NCBI GenBank assembly: GCA_963723305.1
Contig: CAVRRT010000088.1
Coordinates: forward strand, 19,514 to 83,513
Direction: 5' to 3'
Source of the DNA: an uncultured Pseudomonadota bacterium
GTDB taxonomy: Bacteria; Myxococcota_A; Polyangia; Fen-1088
Length of the DNA stretch: 64,000 bases
Shown: in pieces, positions 9,838-20,151 of the stretch
How the letters are laid out: each line of letters begins with the position of its first letter
How positions within the stretch are numbered: position 1 is the stretch's first letter
Translations under genes and position numbers: made by a program
Notes under the pieces: model-generated
Seen by the model: only the letters and a program-made list of their open reading frames with translations
Database searches by the model: none
What the model was told of the DNA's origin: nothing

Positions 9838-10758
9838 TTACGCGCAGACGCGGTTGCGGCCGCTGGCCTTCGCTTCGTAGAGGCGCTCGTCGGCGCGCTT
9901 GATGATGGCGGCGGACTCCGTCAGCTCGGCGTCGACGGTGGCGATCCCCATCGAGATGGTCACCGGGATGCGCACGTTCTCGAACTTGAACTCCGTCTTC
10001 TCCACGATCTGCCGGATCTTCTCGGCGAACGGAAGGCAGCTGCCGCCGTCGATCTCGGGGAGCACGATGGCGAACTCCTCGCCGCCGTAGCGGGCAAAGC
10101 AGTCCTCGCGGCGGATCTTGGCGCGCACCGTCTGCGCCAGGTGCTTGAGCACGTAGTCGCCGGCCAGGTGACCGTACCCGTCGTTCACCTTCTTGAAGTG
10201 ATCGATGTCGAACATCACCAGCGAGAGCGGGCGGCGATAGCGATGCGCGCGCGCGAGCTCACGCTCGATGGTGTCGAGGAAGTAGCGCTTGTTGAAGATC
10301 TGCGTGAGGCCGTCGACCGTGGTGAGGCGATAGATCTCCTCGTGGTAGGCGTTCTCGATGTTGCCGCCGGTGAGGAACTTGAAGATCGTCCGGCCGATCT
10401 TGATCAGATCCGCGTCGCGCAGGATGTACTCGTCGACGGGCTCGTCGTTGACGTACGTTCCATTCGTCGAGCCGAGATCGCGCACCAGGATCGACTTGCC
10501 GGTGTTGACGATCTTCGAGTGGTTGCGCGAGATCGATTCCTGATCGATCTGGATGTCGCACTTCGACGAGCGGCCGATGACCATCGACGCCGCGTTGAGA
10601 TTGTATTTTTTTCCCAGCTCCGAGCCGTAGATCACGACCAGGCAGGCTTCGTTCCCAGCCGGCCGCTCGGTGATGCGGCTGATGCTGGTGACGACCGTCT
10701 TCGCTCGGACATGGTCCGATTCGGATGTGTCGTTGGGATCTCGGGGATGGCGCGCCAC
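9838..10758 (-). CDS. FHA-domain diguanylate cyclase
   Basis: FHA motifs [21 protein letters not shown]; GGDEF domain with [11 protein letters not shown]-site RRED and active site RYGGEEF. Confidence 0.95.
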   Translation of the reverse strand: MARHPRDPNDTSESDHVRAKTVVTSISRITERPAGNEACLVVIYGSELGKKYNLNAASMVIGRSSKCDIQIDQESISRNHSKIVNTGKSILVRDLGSTNGTYVNDEPVDEYILRDADLIKIGRTIFKFLTGGNIENAYHEEIYRLTTVDGLTQIFNKRYFLDTIERELARAHRYRRPLSLVMFDIDHFKKVNDGYGHLAGDYVLKHLAQTVRAKIRREDCFARYGGEEFAIVLPEIDGGSCLPFAEKIRQIVEKTEFKFENVRIPVTISMGIATVDAELTESAAIIKRADERLYEAKASGRNRVCA

Positions 10759-10849
10759 GGGGACCGGCGAAGCAGGCTAGGTCAAAGCCATGAAGGCGGC
10801 AAGGGGAGGATAATTTGACACTTCCACCTACATGTATGACGGTGTCATT

Positions 10850-12025
10850 ATGGCACATACCCACCGGATCGCAACGGGCGCCTTCATTCTTTTCGTCTCG
10901 TTGCCCGCGCGGGGCCAATCCCCGACCGTCAAACCCGAGTCGATCCGTCTCGCCGGGCACCACTATGTCGCCGATCTCACAGATGGCGGGCACGCCGAGC
11001 TGACGCTGGATCCGCGCCTACAAACCAGCACCGACGAAGTCCTGCACGCCTTCCAGATCCCCTACGCCGGCGCGGTCGTCGTCTCGATCCCCGACGGCCG
11101 CGTGCTGGCGATGGTGGGACGGTCGGCCGCTGATCCGCGGCTTGGCCCGGCCGACCTGGCGCTGCACCCCTGGGCACCCTCCGCCTCGGTGTTCAAGGTC
11201 GTCTCGGCGACGGCGCTGGTCGAGAGCGGCGTTCCAGGGACGACGCGCATCTGCTACCACGGCGGCGTCTCCTCGGTGCTGCCCGACAACCTGATCAACA
11301 TCCCCACCATCGACAAGAGCTGCGCCACGCTGGCGTACGGGATCGGGAAGTCGCAGAACGCGATCGTCGCCAAGCTGGTCACCGAGCACCTCACCGCCGC
11401 GGATCTCGCGCGCGAGGGACGCAGCTTCGGCTTCGGCGAGACGATCCCCTTCGAGATCCCCGTCGAGCCGTCGCACCTCGACGTCCCGACGAACAACAGG
11501 CTGGAGATGGCGCGCGCCGCGGCGGGCTTCTGGCATTCGACGCTGTCGCCGATGCACGGCGCGCTGCTGGCGGCCACCATCGCCAACGGGGGGACGATGC
11601 CGTCACCGACGCTGATCGAGCGCGCCATCGACGCGGACGGCCGCCTGGAACAGCTCCCCATCGCCGCCCCCCGGCACGTCGCCGCGAGCGCGGCGGCAGC
11701 CGAGGTGGGGCGAATGATGGAGCTGACCACCCGGATCGGCACCGCCAAGGCCACCTTCCGCAACAAGCGCGGCCAGCGCTATCTCCCCGTCGAGGTCGCC
11801 GGCAAGACCGGGACGCTGAACGCCGAGACCGACCACGGCCCCATCGGCTACAGCTGGTTCGTCGGCTACGCGCCGGCGGACCACCCCACCATCGCCTTCG
11901 CCGTGGTCCTGGGGAACGCGCCCAACTGGCGCATCAAGGCGACCTACGTCGGCCGCCACATCGTGACCGAGTACCTCGCCGAGAAGAGCGAGCGCGCCGG
12001 CACGCACCTCGTCGCGGCCCGCTAA
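10850..12025 (+). CDS. Secreted penicillin-binding protein, transpeptidase domain only
   Basis: Signal-like N-terminus; SxxK (SVFK), SxN (SQN) and KTG (GKTGT) motifs; SWFVGYAP. Confidence 0.9.
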   Translation: MAHTHRIATGAFILFVSLPARGQSPTVKPESIRLAGHHYVADLTDGGHAELTLDPRLQTSTDEVLHAFQIPYAGAVVVSIPDGRVLAMVGRSAADPRLGPADLALHPWAPSASVFKVVSATALVESGVPGTTRICYHGGVSSVLPDNLINIPTIDKSCATLAYGIGKSQNAIVAKLVTEHLTAADLAREGRSFGFGETIPFEIPVEPSHLDVPTNNRLEMARAAAGFWHSTLSPMHGALLAATIANGGTMPSPTLIERAIDADGRLEQLPIAAPRHVAASAAAAEVGRMMELTTRIGTAKATFRNKRGQRYLPVEVAGKTGTLNAETDHGPIGYSWFVGYAPADHPTIAFAVVLGNAPNWRIKATYVGRHIVTEYLAEKSERAGTHLVAAR

Positions 12026-12276
12026 ACAGCCCCTCCAGACCGGCCCGCCACCGGCTCCGCGAACCGGCCCCAAACCGGCCCGAAATCGACGAAACAACGA
12101 CCTGCCAGCGACCCCCTCCAGCGACCTGCGGGCACCCGGCGCGCGCGACCGGCAGGCGCCCTGTGGGCGCCTCGACGAAAAAGCCGCCCCTGGCGCTTCT
12201 GGCCGGTGGGCCTTGTGGCGGGGAACAGTCGGCGTATAAACTGATCGGCGCTTTTCGAAAGGCCTCCGCCCGCAGC

Positions 12277-13770
12277 ATGCAGCTTTACGAATGGCTTTCG
12301 AGCGTCGCCTCGAACCAGAGCAGTGGTAAGGCTCTGGTCTATCGCGACACGTATCTCTCGTGGCGCGGGCTGCTCCACCGGGTCGACCGGCGCGCGCAGG
12401 AGCTGTACGCGCTGGGGATCACGCCCGGGGCCTGGGTCGGGCTGATGCTCGGCAATGTCCCCGACTTCGTCATTCTGGCGCTGGCGCTGTCGAAGATCGA
12501 CGCCGTGATCGTCCCGCTCGATCCCACCACCGGGAACCGCGAGCTGGAGATGGTGCTCGAGGCGGCGCCGCTGCGGGCCCTCATCACCCGACCGCGCGGC
12601 GGTGAAGGGGGACAGGCCACCGCGGGGCTCCCCTACTACGCCGGCCCCGTCGCGCCGCGGCCGCCCTCCGGGCCGCCGTCGAAGTTCGTCCCCGAGTCAC
12701 GCCGCCGGCTGCAGGGGACGCTGCTCACCTGCGGGCTCTACAAGCGCACCGGGCCGAGCAAGCTGACCGAGGGACCGGGCGCACCCGAGGTCGTGCAGCT
12801 CACCGCCAGCGTCGGCGGGGACCCCAAGGGGGTCATCAAGACGTCTGCCAATCTCGAGGCGGCCGCCGCGGCAATCCGCAAGACGCTGGACGCGACCGCC
12901 GCCGATCGCATCCTCTGCTCGCTGCCGCTGCACGCCAGCTACGGCTTCGACTTCGGCCTGCTGACCTCGCTGGCCAACGGAGCCACTCTCTTCCTGGAGG
13001 ACGAGGTGTCGCCCAAGCGAATCGCCAAGCTCCTGCGCGAGCAGCGGATCGATCTGTTCGCCGGAACGCCGGCGCTGTTCGGGTCGCTGGCGCGCGTCCC
13101 CACGGTCAAGCCGCTCAAGATCAGCGGCGCGCGCTTCCTGAGCTCGGGCTCGATGCTGCCGGCGAACATCGCCGAGGCGTTCCAGCTGCGCTTCGGCGTG
13201 CGGCTCCTGTCCTGCTACCACAGCACGCAGGCGGGTCCGCTGGCGATCGATCGCGGCGGCAAGGATCCGGAGAGCGTCGGGCGATCGTTCGAGGGGGTCG
13301 AGCTGCGCATCGCGGGACCCAAGGGGGATCGGCTCTCGAGCAGCGAGACGGGCCCGATCTGGGTGCGCTCGGGGGCGCTGTCGACGGTGTCGGTGCCGAA
13401 GATCCACCTCCCCAAGCGCGCCGACGGCATCCCCATCGGCGGGCTCGATGACGGCTGGCTGCGCACCGGCGATCTCGGCCAGCAGGACAAGGCCGGACGG
13501 ACGGTGATCACCGGCCGCGAGGACGACCTGGTCAAGGTCGACGGCAAGCGGGTGGCGCTGGGTGAGGTCGAGGGGTGCCTGGAGGCGTTCCCCAAGGTGA
13601 AGGCGGCGCAGGCGCGGATCGTCACCGACGATCTGGGCGGCCCAATGGTGGTGGCGCGCGTCGTGCGTGCCGGCGTCTGCCGCGCCGAGGACATCATCGA
13701 CCACTGCGCCCGCAACCTGGCGCCCTACAAGGTCCCCCGCCAGATCGAGTTCTGCGAGCAGCTCACGTAG
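12277..13770 (+). CDS. Class I adenylate-forming (ANL/acyl-CoA synthetase-like) protein with atypical motifs
   Basis: LPLHASYG, WLRTGDLG, GREDDLVKVDG, LAPYKVPRQIEF; P-loop altered to TASVGGDPKG. Confidence 0.88.
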   Translation: MQLYEWLSSVASNQSSGKALVYRDTYLSWRGLLHRVDRRAQELYALGITPGAWVGLMLGNVPDFVILALALSKIDAVIVPLDPTTGNRELEMVLEAAPLRALITRPRGGEGGQATAGLPYYAGPVAPRPPSGPPSKFVPESRRRLQGTLLTCGLYKRTGPSKLTEGPGAPEVVQLTASVGGDPKGVIKTSANLEAAAAAIRKTLDATAADRILCSLPLHASYGFDFGLLTSLANGATLFLEDEVSPKRIAKLLREQRIDLFAGTPALFGSLARVPTVKPLKISGARFLSSGSMLPANIAEAFQLRFGVRLLSCYHSTQAGPLAIDRGGKDPESVGRSFEGVELRIAGPKGDRLSSSETGPIWVRSGALSTVSVPKIHLPKRADGIPIGGLDDGWLRTGDLGQQDKAGRTVITGREDDLVKVDGKRVALGEVEGCLEAFPKVKAAQARIVTDDLGGPMVVARVVRAGVCRAEDIIDHCARNLAPYKVPRQIEFCEQLT

Positions 13771-13810
13771 TCGCCTGGAGCGTGGAGCGCGCCGGGCTCC
13801 ACCCGCTGCC

Positions 13811-14140
13811 TCAGTCCAAGAGCTCGCGCAGCTTGGCGTTGACGACGGTCCGGCTGCCCGGCGGCAGATCGACTTCCTGGAAGAAGGAGTAGTAGCCGGG
13901 GTGCCGGATCTCGATCCGGTGGAAGCCGGCGCGGAGCTGGTGCCCTTCGCCTTTCCACTCCGTGGTGCTGCCGGCCAGGAGATCGTCGATCCAGACGGTG
14001 GCGTCGGGGACGTTGCACTCGACCCGAACGCCGACCGCCCCCATCTCCAGGGTGTGGGCGCACCCGCCAGTGGCGGCGACCAGCAGGGCCAGCGCCAGCA
14101 GGCCTGCTCTGAGCGAACGGAGTCGGAGGCGGATCCGCAT
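13811..14140 (-). CDS. Small PEGA-domain lipoprotein
   Basis: Hydrophobic signal ending ATGGC; PEGA-like NVPDATVWID..LRAGFHRIEIRHPGY. Confidence 0.8.
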   Translation of the reverse strand: MRIRLRLRSLRAGLLALALLVAATGGCAHTLEMGAVGVRVECNVPDATVWIDDLLAGSTTEWKGEGHQLRAGFHRIEIRHPGYYSFFQEVDLPPGSRTVVNAKLRELLD

Positions 14141-15311
14141 CAGGGGTTGCTCCCGGTCTCGGAGGTGGCAGGCGCGCGCAGCCGGGCCCGCAGACGGATG
14201 ACGCCGGCGGAGGTCTGCACGTCACTCAAGCTCGATCATCGCGTCGGCGTCGCGCGAGAGCGCCGCCGCCACCGGCGCCGGGGCCGAGCGGGTGCGGGCG
14301 CGGATCTCGGCGCGGCCGCCGCCGACCCGCACCAGATCGGCGGCCGAGACCGCCCCCACCGCGCGCACGCTCTTGAGGAGCGCGGAGACCGCCGCCGGCT
14401 CGACCACGTCGGCCTCGATGGTGAGAATCGGCAGCTCGGACGCCGACCCGGCCGACGCGGACAGCGCCCCGGCCATGTCGGCCGCCAGCAGGCCGGCCAG
14501 CCGCGCCAGACAGTCGGTCCGGCCGACCTCCGTGCTGTCGGCGAAGGCGCGGGTGTTCGCCGCCCGGTCGGGGATCGAGACGCCGGTGAACCGCGCGGCC
14601 GCCCGGCAGGAGACCGAGACGCGCCCGGTGCCGCGCAGCGCCCCCTCGTCGGTCGTCGAGGCGGTCACCGTCGCAGCGGGGCTGGAGGGGGAAGCGGCGG
14701 CACCGGGGTCGGCGGCGCGGGCGTGCACGCCGGCCGACGACAGCGCGGCCGCGACGCCCGCCGCGAAGGCCGCCAGCGTGCCGTCGCCGGCCAGCACGGC
14801 AATCGAGAACGGCGACGCGTGCGCTGGCGGCTGCACGGGAGCCGCGTTCCAGCGCTCGATCTTGCTCTTGAGCGCGGAGCCGTCGACCTCGGCCTGGATG
14901 GTGATCTTGTAGACGCCGTTCTCCTCGCCCTCTTCGAGCGTCCGGTAGCGGCCGACGAAGCTGTGCGCCTTCGCCTCGAGCGCGCGGATGGCCTTGCCCT
15001 GGGCGGCCCGCGTCTGCGGATCGCAGAGATCGTCGATCGCCAGGTCGACCACCTGGCGGATCGCGTCTTCGAGCGCGCGCTCCGCGCGCGCCGGCGGCGT
15101 TCCCCCCCACGATGGGGGCCTGCCCGGTCGCCACCCGGGCGCCCGGATCGACCGCCGGATCGGCGATCGACGGCCGCGGCGGCCAAGCTGGCGCCGGTGC
15201 CGGTGTTGGTGCGGGCGCCGGTGACTGCGCCGACGCCGGCGGCGCGATGACGCCCGCCAGGACGCCCGCCAGGACGGCGGCGCCCGGAACAGACAGCCAG
15301 AACCTCCTCAC
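14140..15311 (-). CDS. Secreted protein with FlgT-N/LPP20-like N-terminal domain (frameshifts near 15085 and 14230)
   Basis: Signal peptide in ORF 14226..15311; VATGQAPIVGGNAAGA..ALEDAIRQVV continues into ORF 14222..15052. A second 1-nt correction gives ..SDVQTSAGVIRLRARL..SNP* whose TGA overlaps the next ATG at 14140. Confidence 0.65.
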
Positions 15312-15985
15312 CTCAGCACCTTCTGAACGTAGATCAGAGCCGGGCCGTGGGCGAGCCTTGCCGCCAGATCCGCGTTGCCGTCGACGACCAGGCGGCCGGT
15401 GTGGTCGAGGCGGGCGGCGCGCGCCGCCGCGCCGGCGGGCGGCGCGCCCAGGTGATAGGTCGCCGCGCCGATCGAGATCTCCTGGCCGCCGACGACGGCC
15501 GTCGGCGCGGCGCCGAGGTGCGCCTCGTGAACGCTGAGCGCGATCGGCGGCGCGCCGGGCCCTGCCAGCCAGTCGGCGAACCCGACCTCCATCCGGATCA
15601 CCGCCCCGCCGTTCGACTGATACTGGACGTCCGCGGCCCGCGCGTGGGCGAGGGCGCGGTCGATTCGATCGGGATCGAGCCGCTGGCCACCGCCCAGAGG
15701 GAGCGCCGCCAGCGCCCCCCGCAGCTTGCCGATCGCCGCCGCCCGGGCCCGCCGCTCGGCGCCGGGGCGCGCCAGGTCGACGCTCGGCATGCGCAGGTCG
15801 GCCGCCGCGCCGCCCGAGGCGCTCAGCGTCCCAGCGCGCCAGTCGATGGTGACGCCGTCGCGCGTCTCGACCAGATCGGGGGCGCCGCTCTGCGCCGAAG
15901 CGAGCGCCGACCAGGCGAGCGCAGCGACGACGAGCGCGGCGCTATTCCCACTCGATCGTCGCGGGGGGCTTCGACGAGATGTCAT
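15308..15985 (-). CDS. Secreted hypothetical protein, LPP20-like
   Basis: Signal peptide ([16 protein letters not shown]); [26 protein letters not shown] pattern; stop overlaps the next start; 5' end overlaps the guaA 3' end. Confidence 0.65.
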   Translation of the reverse strand: MTSRRSPPRRSSGNSAALVVAALAWSALASAQSGAPDLVETRDGVTIDWRAGTLSASGGAAADLRMPSVDLARPGAERRARAAAIGKLRGALAALPLGGGQRLDPDRIDRALAHARAADVQYQSNGGAVIRMEVGFADWLAGPGAPPIALSVHEAHLGAAPTAVVGGQEISIGAATYHLGAPPAGAAARAARLDHTGRLVVDGNADLAARLAHGPALIYVQKVLR

Positions 15986-17567
15986 AGACGACGCGGTTCA
16001 TCCCTTTGACCTCGTTGACGATGCGCGACGAGATGGTGGCGAGCAGATCGTACGGCAGCGGAACCCAGTCGGCGGTCATGCCGTCCCGCGAATGCACGGC
16101 GCGCAGCGCCAGCACGTCGGCGTAGGTCCGCTCGTCCCCCATGACGCCGACGGTGCGCACCGGCAGGAGGACACCGAACGACTGCCAGATCGATTCGTAG
16201 AGGCCGGCGGCGCGGATCTCCTGCTCGATGATGGTGTCGGCGGCGCGCAGGACGTCGCAACGCTCGCGGGTCACCTCGCCGAGCACGCGCACCGCCAGGC
16301 CCGGCCCAGGAAACGGCTGGCGCCACAGCACGTGGTGCGGCAGCCCCAGCTCGGCACCGAGCGCGCGCACCTCGTCCTTGAACAGCTCGCGCAGCGGCTC
16401 GACCAGCTTGAGGTTCATGCGCTCGGGCAGGCCGCCCACGTTGTGGTGCGATTTGATCGTCGCCGACGGCCCCTTGTGCGAGACCGACTCGATGACGTCG
16501 GGGTAGAGCGTCCCCTGGACCAAGAAGTCGGCGCCGCCGGCCAGCTTCTTCGCTTCTTCCTCGAAGACGGCGATGAACTCCCCGCCGATGATCTTCCGTT
16601 TTTTCTCGGGATCGGTGACGCCGGCCAGCTTCGACAGGAACCGCTCGCTGGCGTCGACGACGCGCAGGTCGGCCTTGAAGGCGTCGCGGAACAGCGACTC
16701 GACCTGCGCCGCCTCGTTGGCCCGCGAGAGGCCGGTGTCCACGAAGATGCAGGTCAGGCGCGCGCCGATCGCCTTGAGGACCAGCGCCGCGGCGACGGAG
16801 GAGTCGACGCCGCCCGACAGGCCGCAGATGGCGTGGGCGTTCGGTCCCACGCGCGCCTCGACGGCGGCGATCGCCTGGCCGACGAAACCGGCCATCGTCC
16901 AGTTCGGCGCGGCGTCGCAGATCCGGAACAGGAAGTTGGCCAGGATCTCGCCGCCGCGCGGGGTGTGGGCCACCTCGGGATGGAACTGCACGCCCCAGAA
17001 CTTGCGCGCCGGCGCGGCGACGGCAGCCGCCGGACAGTTGGCGCTCTCGCCGGTGACCGCGAACCCAGCCGGCAGCGCCTCGACCCGGTCGCCATGCGAC
17101 ATCCAGACCGGAATCTCTTCGCCGGGGACGAAACCGTGGAACAGATCGCTCGTCTCCGTGACCCGCAGCGTGGCGCGTCCGTACTCCCGCCGCTCGGCCG
17201 GGACCACCTTGCCGCCCAGAAGCAGCGCCGTCAGCTGGACGCCGTAACAGATGCCCAGGATCGGCACGCCGAGGTCGAAGATCTCGGTGCTGATCTTCGG
17301 CGCGCCGGGATCGTACGACGACGAGGGCCCACCCGAGAGGATGATCCCCCGCGGCGCCAGCTCGCGGATGCGCCCGAGCGGCAAGTTGAAGGGGTGAATC
17401 TCGGAGTACACCTTCTGCTCGCGCACCCGCCGGGCGATGAGCTGCGTGTACTGCGACCCAAAGTCGAGGATGAGGATGAGGTCGCGACGCGCGGAGGTAA
17501 CTGGGCTTCGCCCGGCGGCGTCCTTCGCGGGGGGGTGAGGCAGGGTCCCCTTGGCAGGATGTTCCAT
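15942..17567 (-). CDS. guaA: GMP synthase (glutamine-hydrolysing)
   Basis: [51 protein letters not shown]. Confidence 0.98.
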   Translation of the reverse strand: MEHPAKGTLPHPPAKDAAGRSPVTSARRDLILILDFGSQYTQLIARRVREQKVYSEIHPFNLPLGRIRELAPRGIILSGGPSSSYDPGAPKISTEIFDLGVPILGICYGVQLTALLLGGKVVPAERREYGRATLRVTETSDLFHGFVPGEEIPVWMSHGDRVEALPAGFAVTGESANCPAAAVAAPARKFWGVQFHPEVAHTPRGGEILANFLFRICDAAPNWTMAGFVGQAIAAVEARVGPNAHAICGLSGGVDSSVAAALVLKAIGARLTCIFVDTGLSRANEAAQVESLFRDAFKADLRVVDASERFLSKLAGVTDPEKKRKIIGGEFIAVFEEEAKKLAGGADFLVQGTLYPDVIESVSHKGPSATIKSHHNVGGLPERMNLKLVEPLRELFKDEVRALGAELGLPHHVLWRQPFPGPGLAVRVLGEVTRERCDVLRAADTIIEQEIRAAGLYESIWQSFGVLLPVRTVGVMGDERTYADVLALRAVHSRDGMTADWVPLPYDLLATISSRIVNEVKGMNRVVYDISSKPPATIEWE

Positions 17568-19034
17568 CTACTGCTCGACGCGGTAGTTGGGCGCCTCTTT
17601 GGTGATGATGACGTCGTGCACGTGCGACTCGCGCAGCCCCATCGCCGTGGCGCGCACGAAGCGCGCCTTGGTCCGCAGCTCCTCGATCGTCCGGCAGCCG
17701 GTGTAGCCCATCCCCGACTTGAGCCCGCCGATCAGCTGGTAGAGCGATTGCGACAGCGGCCCGCGGTAGGGCACCCGCCCCTCGATCCCCTCGGGGACCA
17801 GCTTGGCGTCGCTCGTCACCTCGGTCTGGAAATAGCGGTCGCGGCTGCCGGCGCGCATGGCGCCAATCGAGCCCATCCCGCGGTAAACTTTGTAGCTGCG
17901 CCCCTGGTAGAGAATGATCTCGCCCGGCGCCTCGTCGGTGCCGGCGAACAGGCTGCCGATCATGACCGTGTTGGCGCCGGCGGCGATGGCCTTGGCCACG
18001 TCGCCCGAGTACTTGATGCCGCCATCCGCGATGATCGTGACGTCCAGCCCCGCCACCGCCTTGGCGCAGTCGGCGATGGCCGTGATCTGCGGAACGCCGA
18101 CACCGGCGACCACGCGCGTGGTGCAGATGGAGCCCGGGCCGATGCCGACCTTCACCGCGTTGGCCCCGGCCTTGGCCAGCGCCAACGCCGCCTCGCCGGT
18201 CGCCACGTTGCCGGCGATGATCTGGGCCTTGGGAAAATTGCGGCGGACGTCGGCGACCGCCTGCACGACGGCGCGCGAGTGGCCGTGGGCGGTGTCGATG
18301 CAGATCACGTCGGTGCCGGCCTTGAGAAGCGCGTCGACCCGCTCGTCCCGATCGGGCCCCACGCCGACCGCCGCGCCGACGCGCAGCCGGCCGAAGTCGT
18401 CTTTGGCGGCGAAGGGGTGGGCCTGCGCCTTCTCGATGTCCTTGATGGTGACGAGGCCCTTCAGGAAGCCGCCGCCGTCGATGACCAGCAGCTTTTCGAT
18501 CCGGTTCCTGTGCAGCAGCTCCTTGGCGCTCTCGACGCTGGTCCCCTCGGCGATGGTGATGAGCTTCTTGGTCATCATCGCGCTGATCGGCTGCTCGAGG
18601 TTCCGCTCGAACCGGATGTCGCGGTTGGTGAGGATGCCGACCGGCCGTCCGTCGGAGGCGACCACCGGCAGGCCGGAGATCTCGTGCCGCTTCATCAGCT
18701 CGAGCGCGACGGCCAGCTTCTGGTCGGGGCCGACGGTGACCGGATCGACCACCACACCGCTCTCCGCCTTCTTGACCTTGGTGACCTCCAGCGCCTGCTG
18801 GGGGATGGTGTAGTTCTTGTGCACGATCCCGATGCCGCCGTCGCGCGCCATGCAGATCGCCGTGGCCGCCTCGGTTACCGTGTCCATCGCGGACGACACG
18901 ATCGGCATCGCCAGTGGAATGCCCGCGGTCAGGTTGGTCCGCACCTCGACGTCCTTCGGGACCACGTCGCTCTCGGCCGGAACCAAGAGGACGTCGTCGA
19001 AAGTGAGGGCTTCCCGCAGCTGGTCAGGCAGCAT
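17568..19034 (-). CDS. guaB: IMP dehydrogenase with CBS pair
   Basis: [59 protein letters not shown]. Confidence 0.98.
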   Translation of the reverse strand: MLPDQLREALTFDDVLLVPAESDVVPKDVEVRTNLTAGIPLAMPIVSSAMDTVTEAATAICMARDGGIGIVHKNYTIPQQALEVTKVKKAESGVVVDPVTVGPDQKLAVALELMKRHEISGLPVVASDGRPVGILTNRDIRFERNLEQPISAMMTKKLITIAEGTSVESAKELLHRNRIEKLLVIDGGGFLKGLVTIKDIEKAQAHPFAAKDDFGRLRVGAAVGVGPDRDERVDALLKAGTDVICIDTAHGHSRAVVQAVADVRRNFPKAQIIAGNVATGEAALALAKAGANAVKVGIGPGSICTTRVVAGVGVPQITAIADCAKAVAGLDVTIIADGGIKYSGDVAKAIAAGANTVMIGSLFAGTDEAPGEIILYQGRSYKVYRGMGSIGAMRAGSRDRYFQTEVTSDAKLVPEGIEGRVPYRGPLSQSLYQLIGGLKSGMGYTGCRTIEELRTKARFVRATAMGLRESHVHDVIITKEAPNYRVEQ

Positions 19035-19040
19035 CTCGGG

Positions 19041-19070
19041 AGATTAGCCGAACGCCCTCCCGTGCGGCAA
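19041..19070 (-). promoter_or_regulatory. Putative sigma70 promoter for a probably leaderless guaB transcript
   Basis: Minus strand TTGCCG-18 nt-TAATCT-6 nt-ATG; no Shine-Dalgarno between the -10 and the start. Confidence 0.5.
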
Positions 19071-19085
19071 GGCGAGACTGCGCCG

Positions 19086-20141
19086 CTACTTCGCGCCGCG
19101 CTTGCTGCAGGTCGCGACGATGGCGTCGGCCTGTTTCTGCGCTTCCGGTTTGACCCCCGGCATCGCCTTGAAGCGACCGAGCTCCGACCTGGCGGCCGGG
19201 CAGTCCCCCTTGGCGACGAGGACCTTCATGAGCTCGTAGTGGGCGAGCGGGCTCTGAGGGTCGAGGTCGACGGCGGCGCGGCATTCGCCGGCGGCCCGTG
19301 CGGCGTCCTTTTGCTCCAGCAAGGCGCGGCAGAGATCGGCCGCGAAGGCGCCGTTCTTGCCGTCGAGCTTGCGGGCGCGCTCCTGGGCGGCGACCGCCGC
19401 GGGGAGCTGACCGCGCTTCAGCTCGACGCGGCCGAGGCGGTTCCAGCCCAGCGCGAAGTCGGGCTTCAGCTTGGTCGCCTTGTCGAGCGCCGCTTGCGCT
19501 TCGTCGTAGCTCTTCTGGTCGGAGAGCACCATTCCGAGGTCGGCCCAGGCGACCGGATCGCGCGGCGCCAGGCGGGTGGCGTCCTTGAGCGCCGCGACTG
19601 CCCCGGCCACGTCGCCCGTGCGCCGCAGCGCGGCCCCCAGGTTCAACCGATAGCCGGCGTCGGAGGGCTTGAGCCGGACGGCGGCCCGGTAGGCGGCGAC
19701 CGCCTCCGGCTTCCTGCCGAGCGCGTCGCGCGCAACGCCCAGGTTGTATTGCGCCTCGGCGTAGTCCGGCTTCGTCCGCACCGCCGCCTCGAGCTCGCCG
19801 GCGGCGCCGGCCGCATCGCCACGCGCGAGCAGCAGCGCGCCGAGATTGTTGTGCGCCTCGGAAAAATCGTTCTTGAGGCCGATGGCCCGGCGATAGGCGG
19901 CGGTCGCCGCCGCGGCGTCCCCCTTCTTCTCCAGCGCCACACCGGCCAGGTACTGCGGGCGTGCGTCGCGCGGGTCGGCCTTGGCGGCCTCCTCGAAGGC
20001 GGAAAGCGCGCCGGCCGTGTCCCCCTGGCGAAACAGCCGTTCCCCTTTTTCGAGCAGCGGCGCGGCGCCGCCGCCGGGATCGTTCTGGGCCAGGAGCGCG
20101 AGCAGCGGCAAGAGCTGACCAAACGACGGGAGCGCGATCAT
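19086..20141 (-). CDS. Secreted TPR-repeat protein
   Basis: Hydrophobic N-terminus; repeated TPRs (AHNNLGALL, AQYNLGVA, YRLNLGAAL, AWADLGMVL). Confidence 0.9.
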   Translation of the reverse strand: MIALPSFGQLLPLLALLAQNDPGGGAAPLLEKGERLFRQGDTAGALSAFEEAAKADPRDARPQYLAGVALEKKGDAAAATAAYRRAIGLKNDFSEAHNNLGALLLARGDAAGAAGELEAAVRTKPDYAEAQYNLGVARDALGRKPEAVAAYRAAVRLKPSDAGYRLNLGAALRRTGDVAGAVAALKDATRLAPRDPVAWADLGMVLSDQKSYDEAQAALDKATKLKPDFALGWNRLGRVELKRGQLPAAVAAQERARKLDGKNGAFAADLCRALLEQKDAARAAGECRAAVDLDPQSPLAHYELMKVLVAKGDCPAARSELGRFKAMPGVKPEAQKQADAIVATCSKRGAK

Positions 20142-20151
20142 CGCGCGCAGT

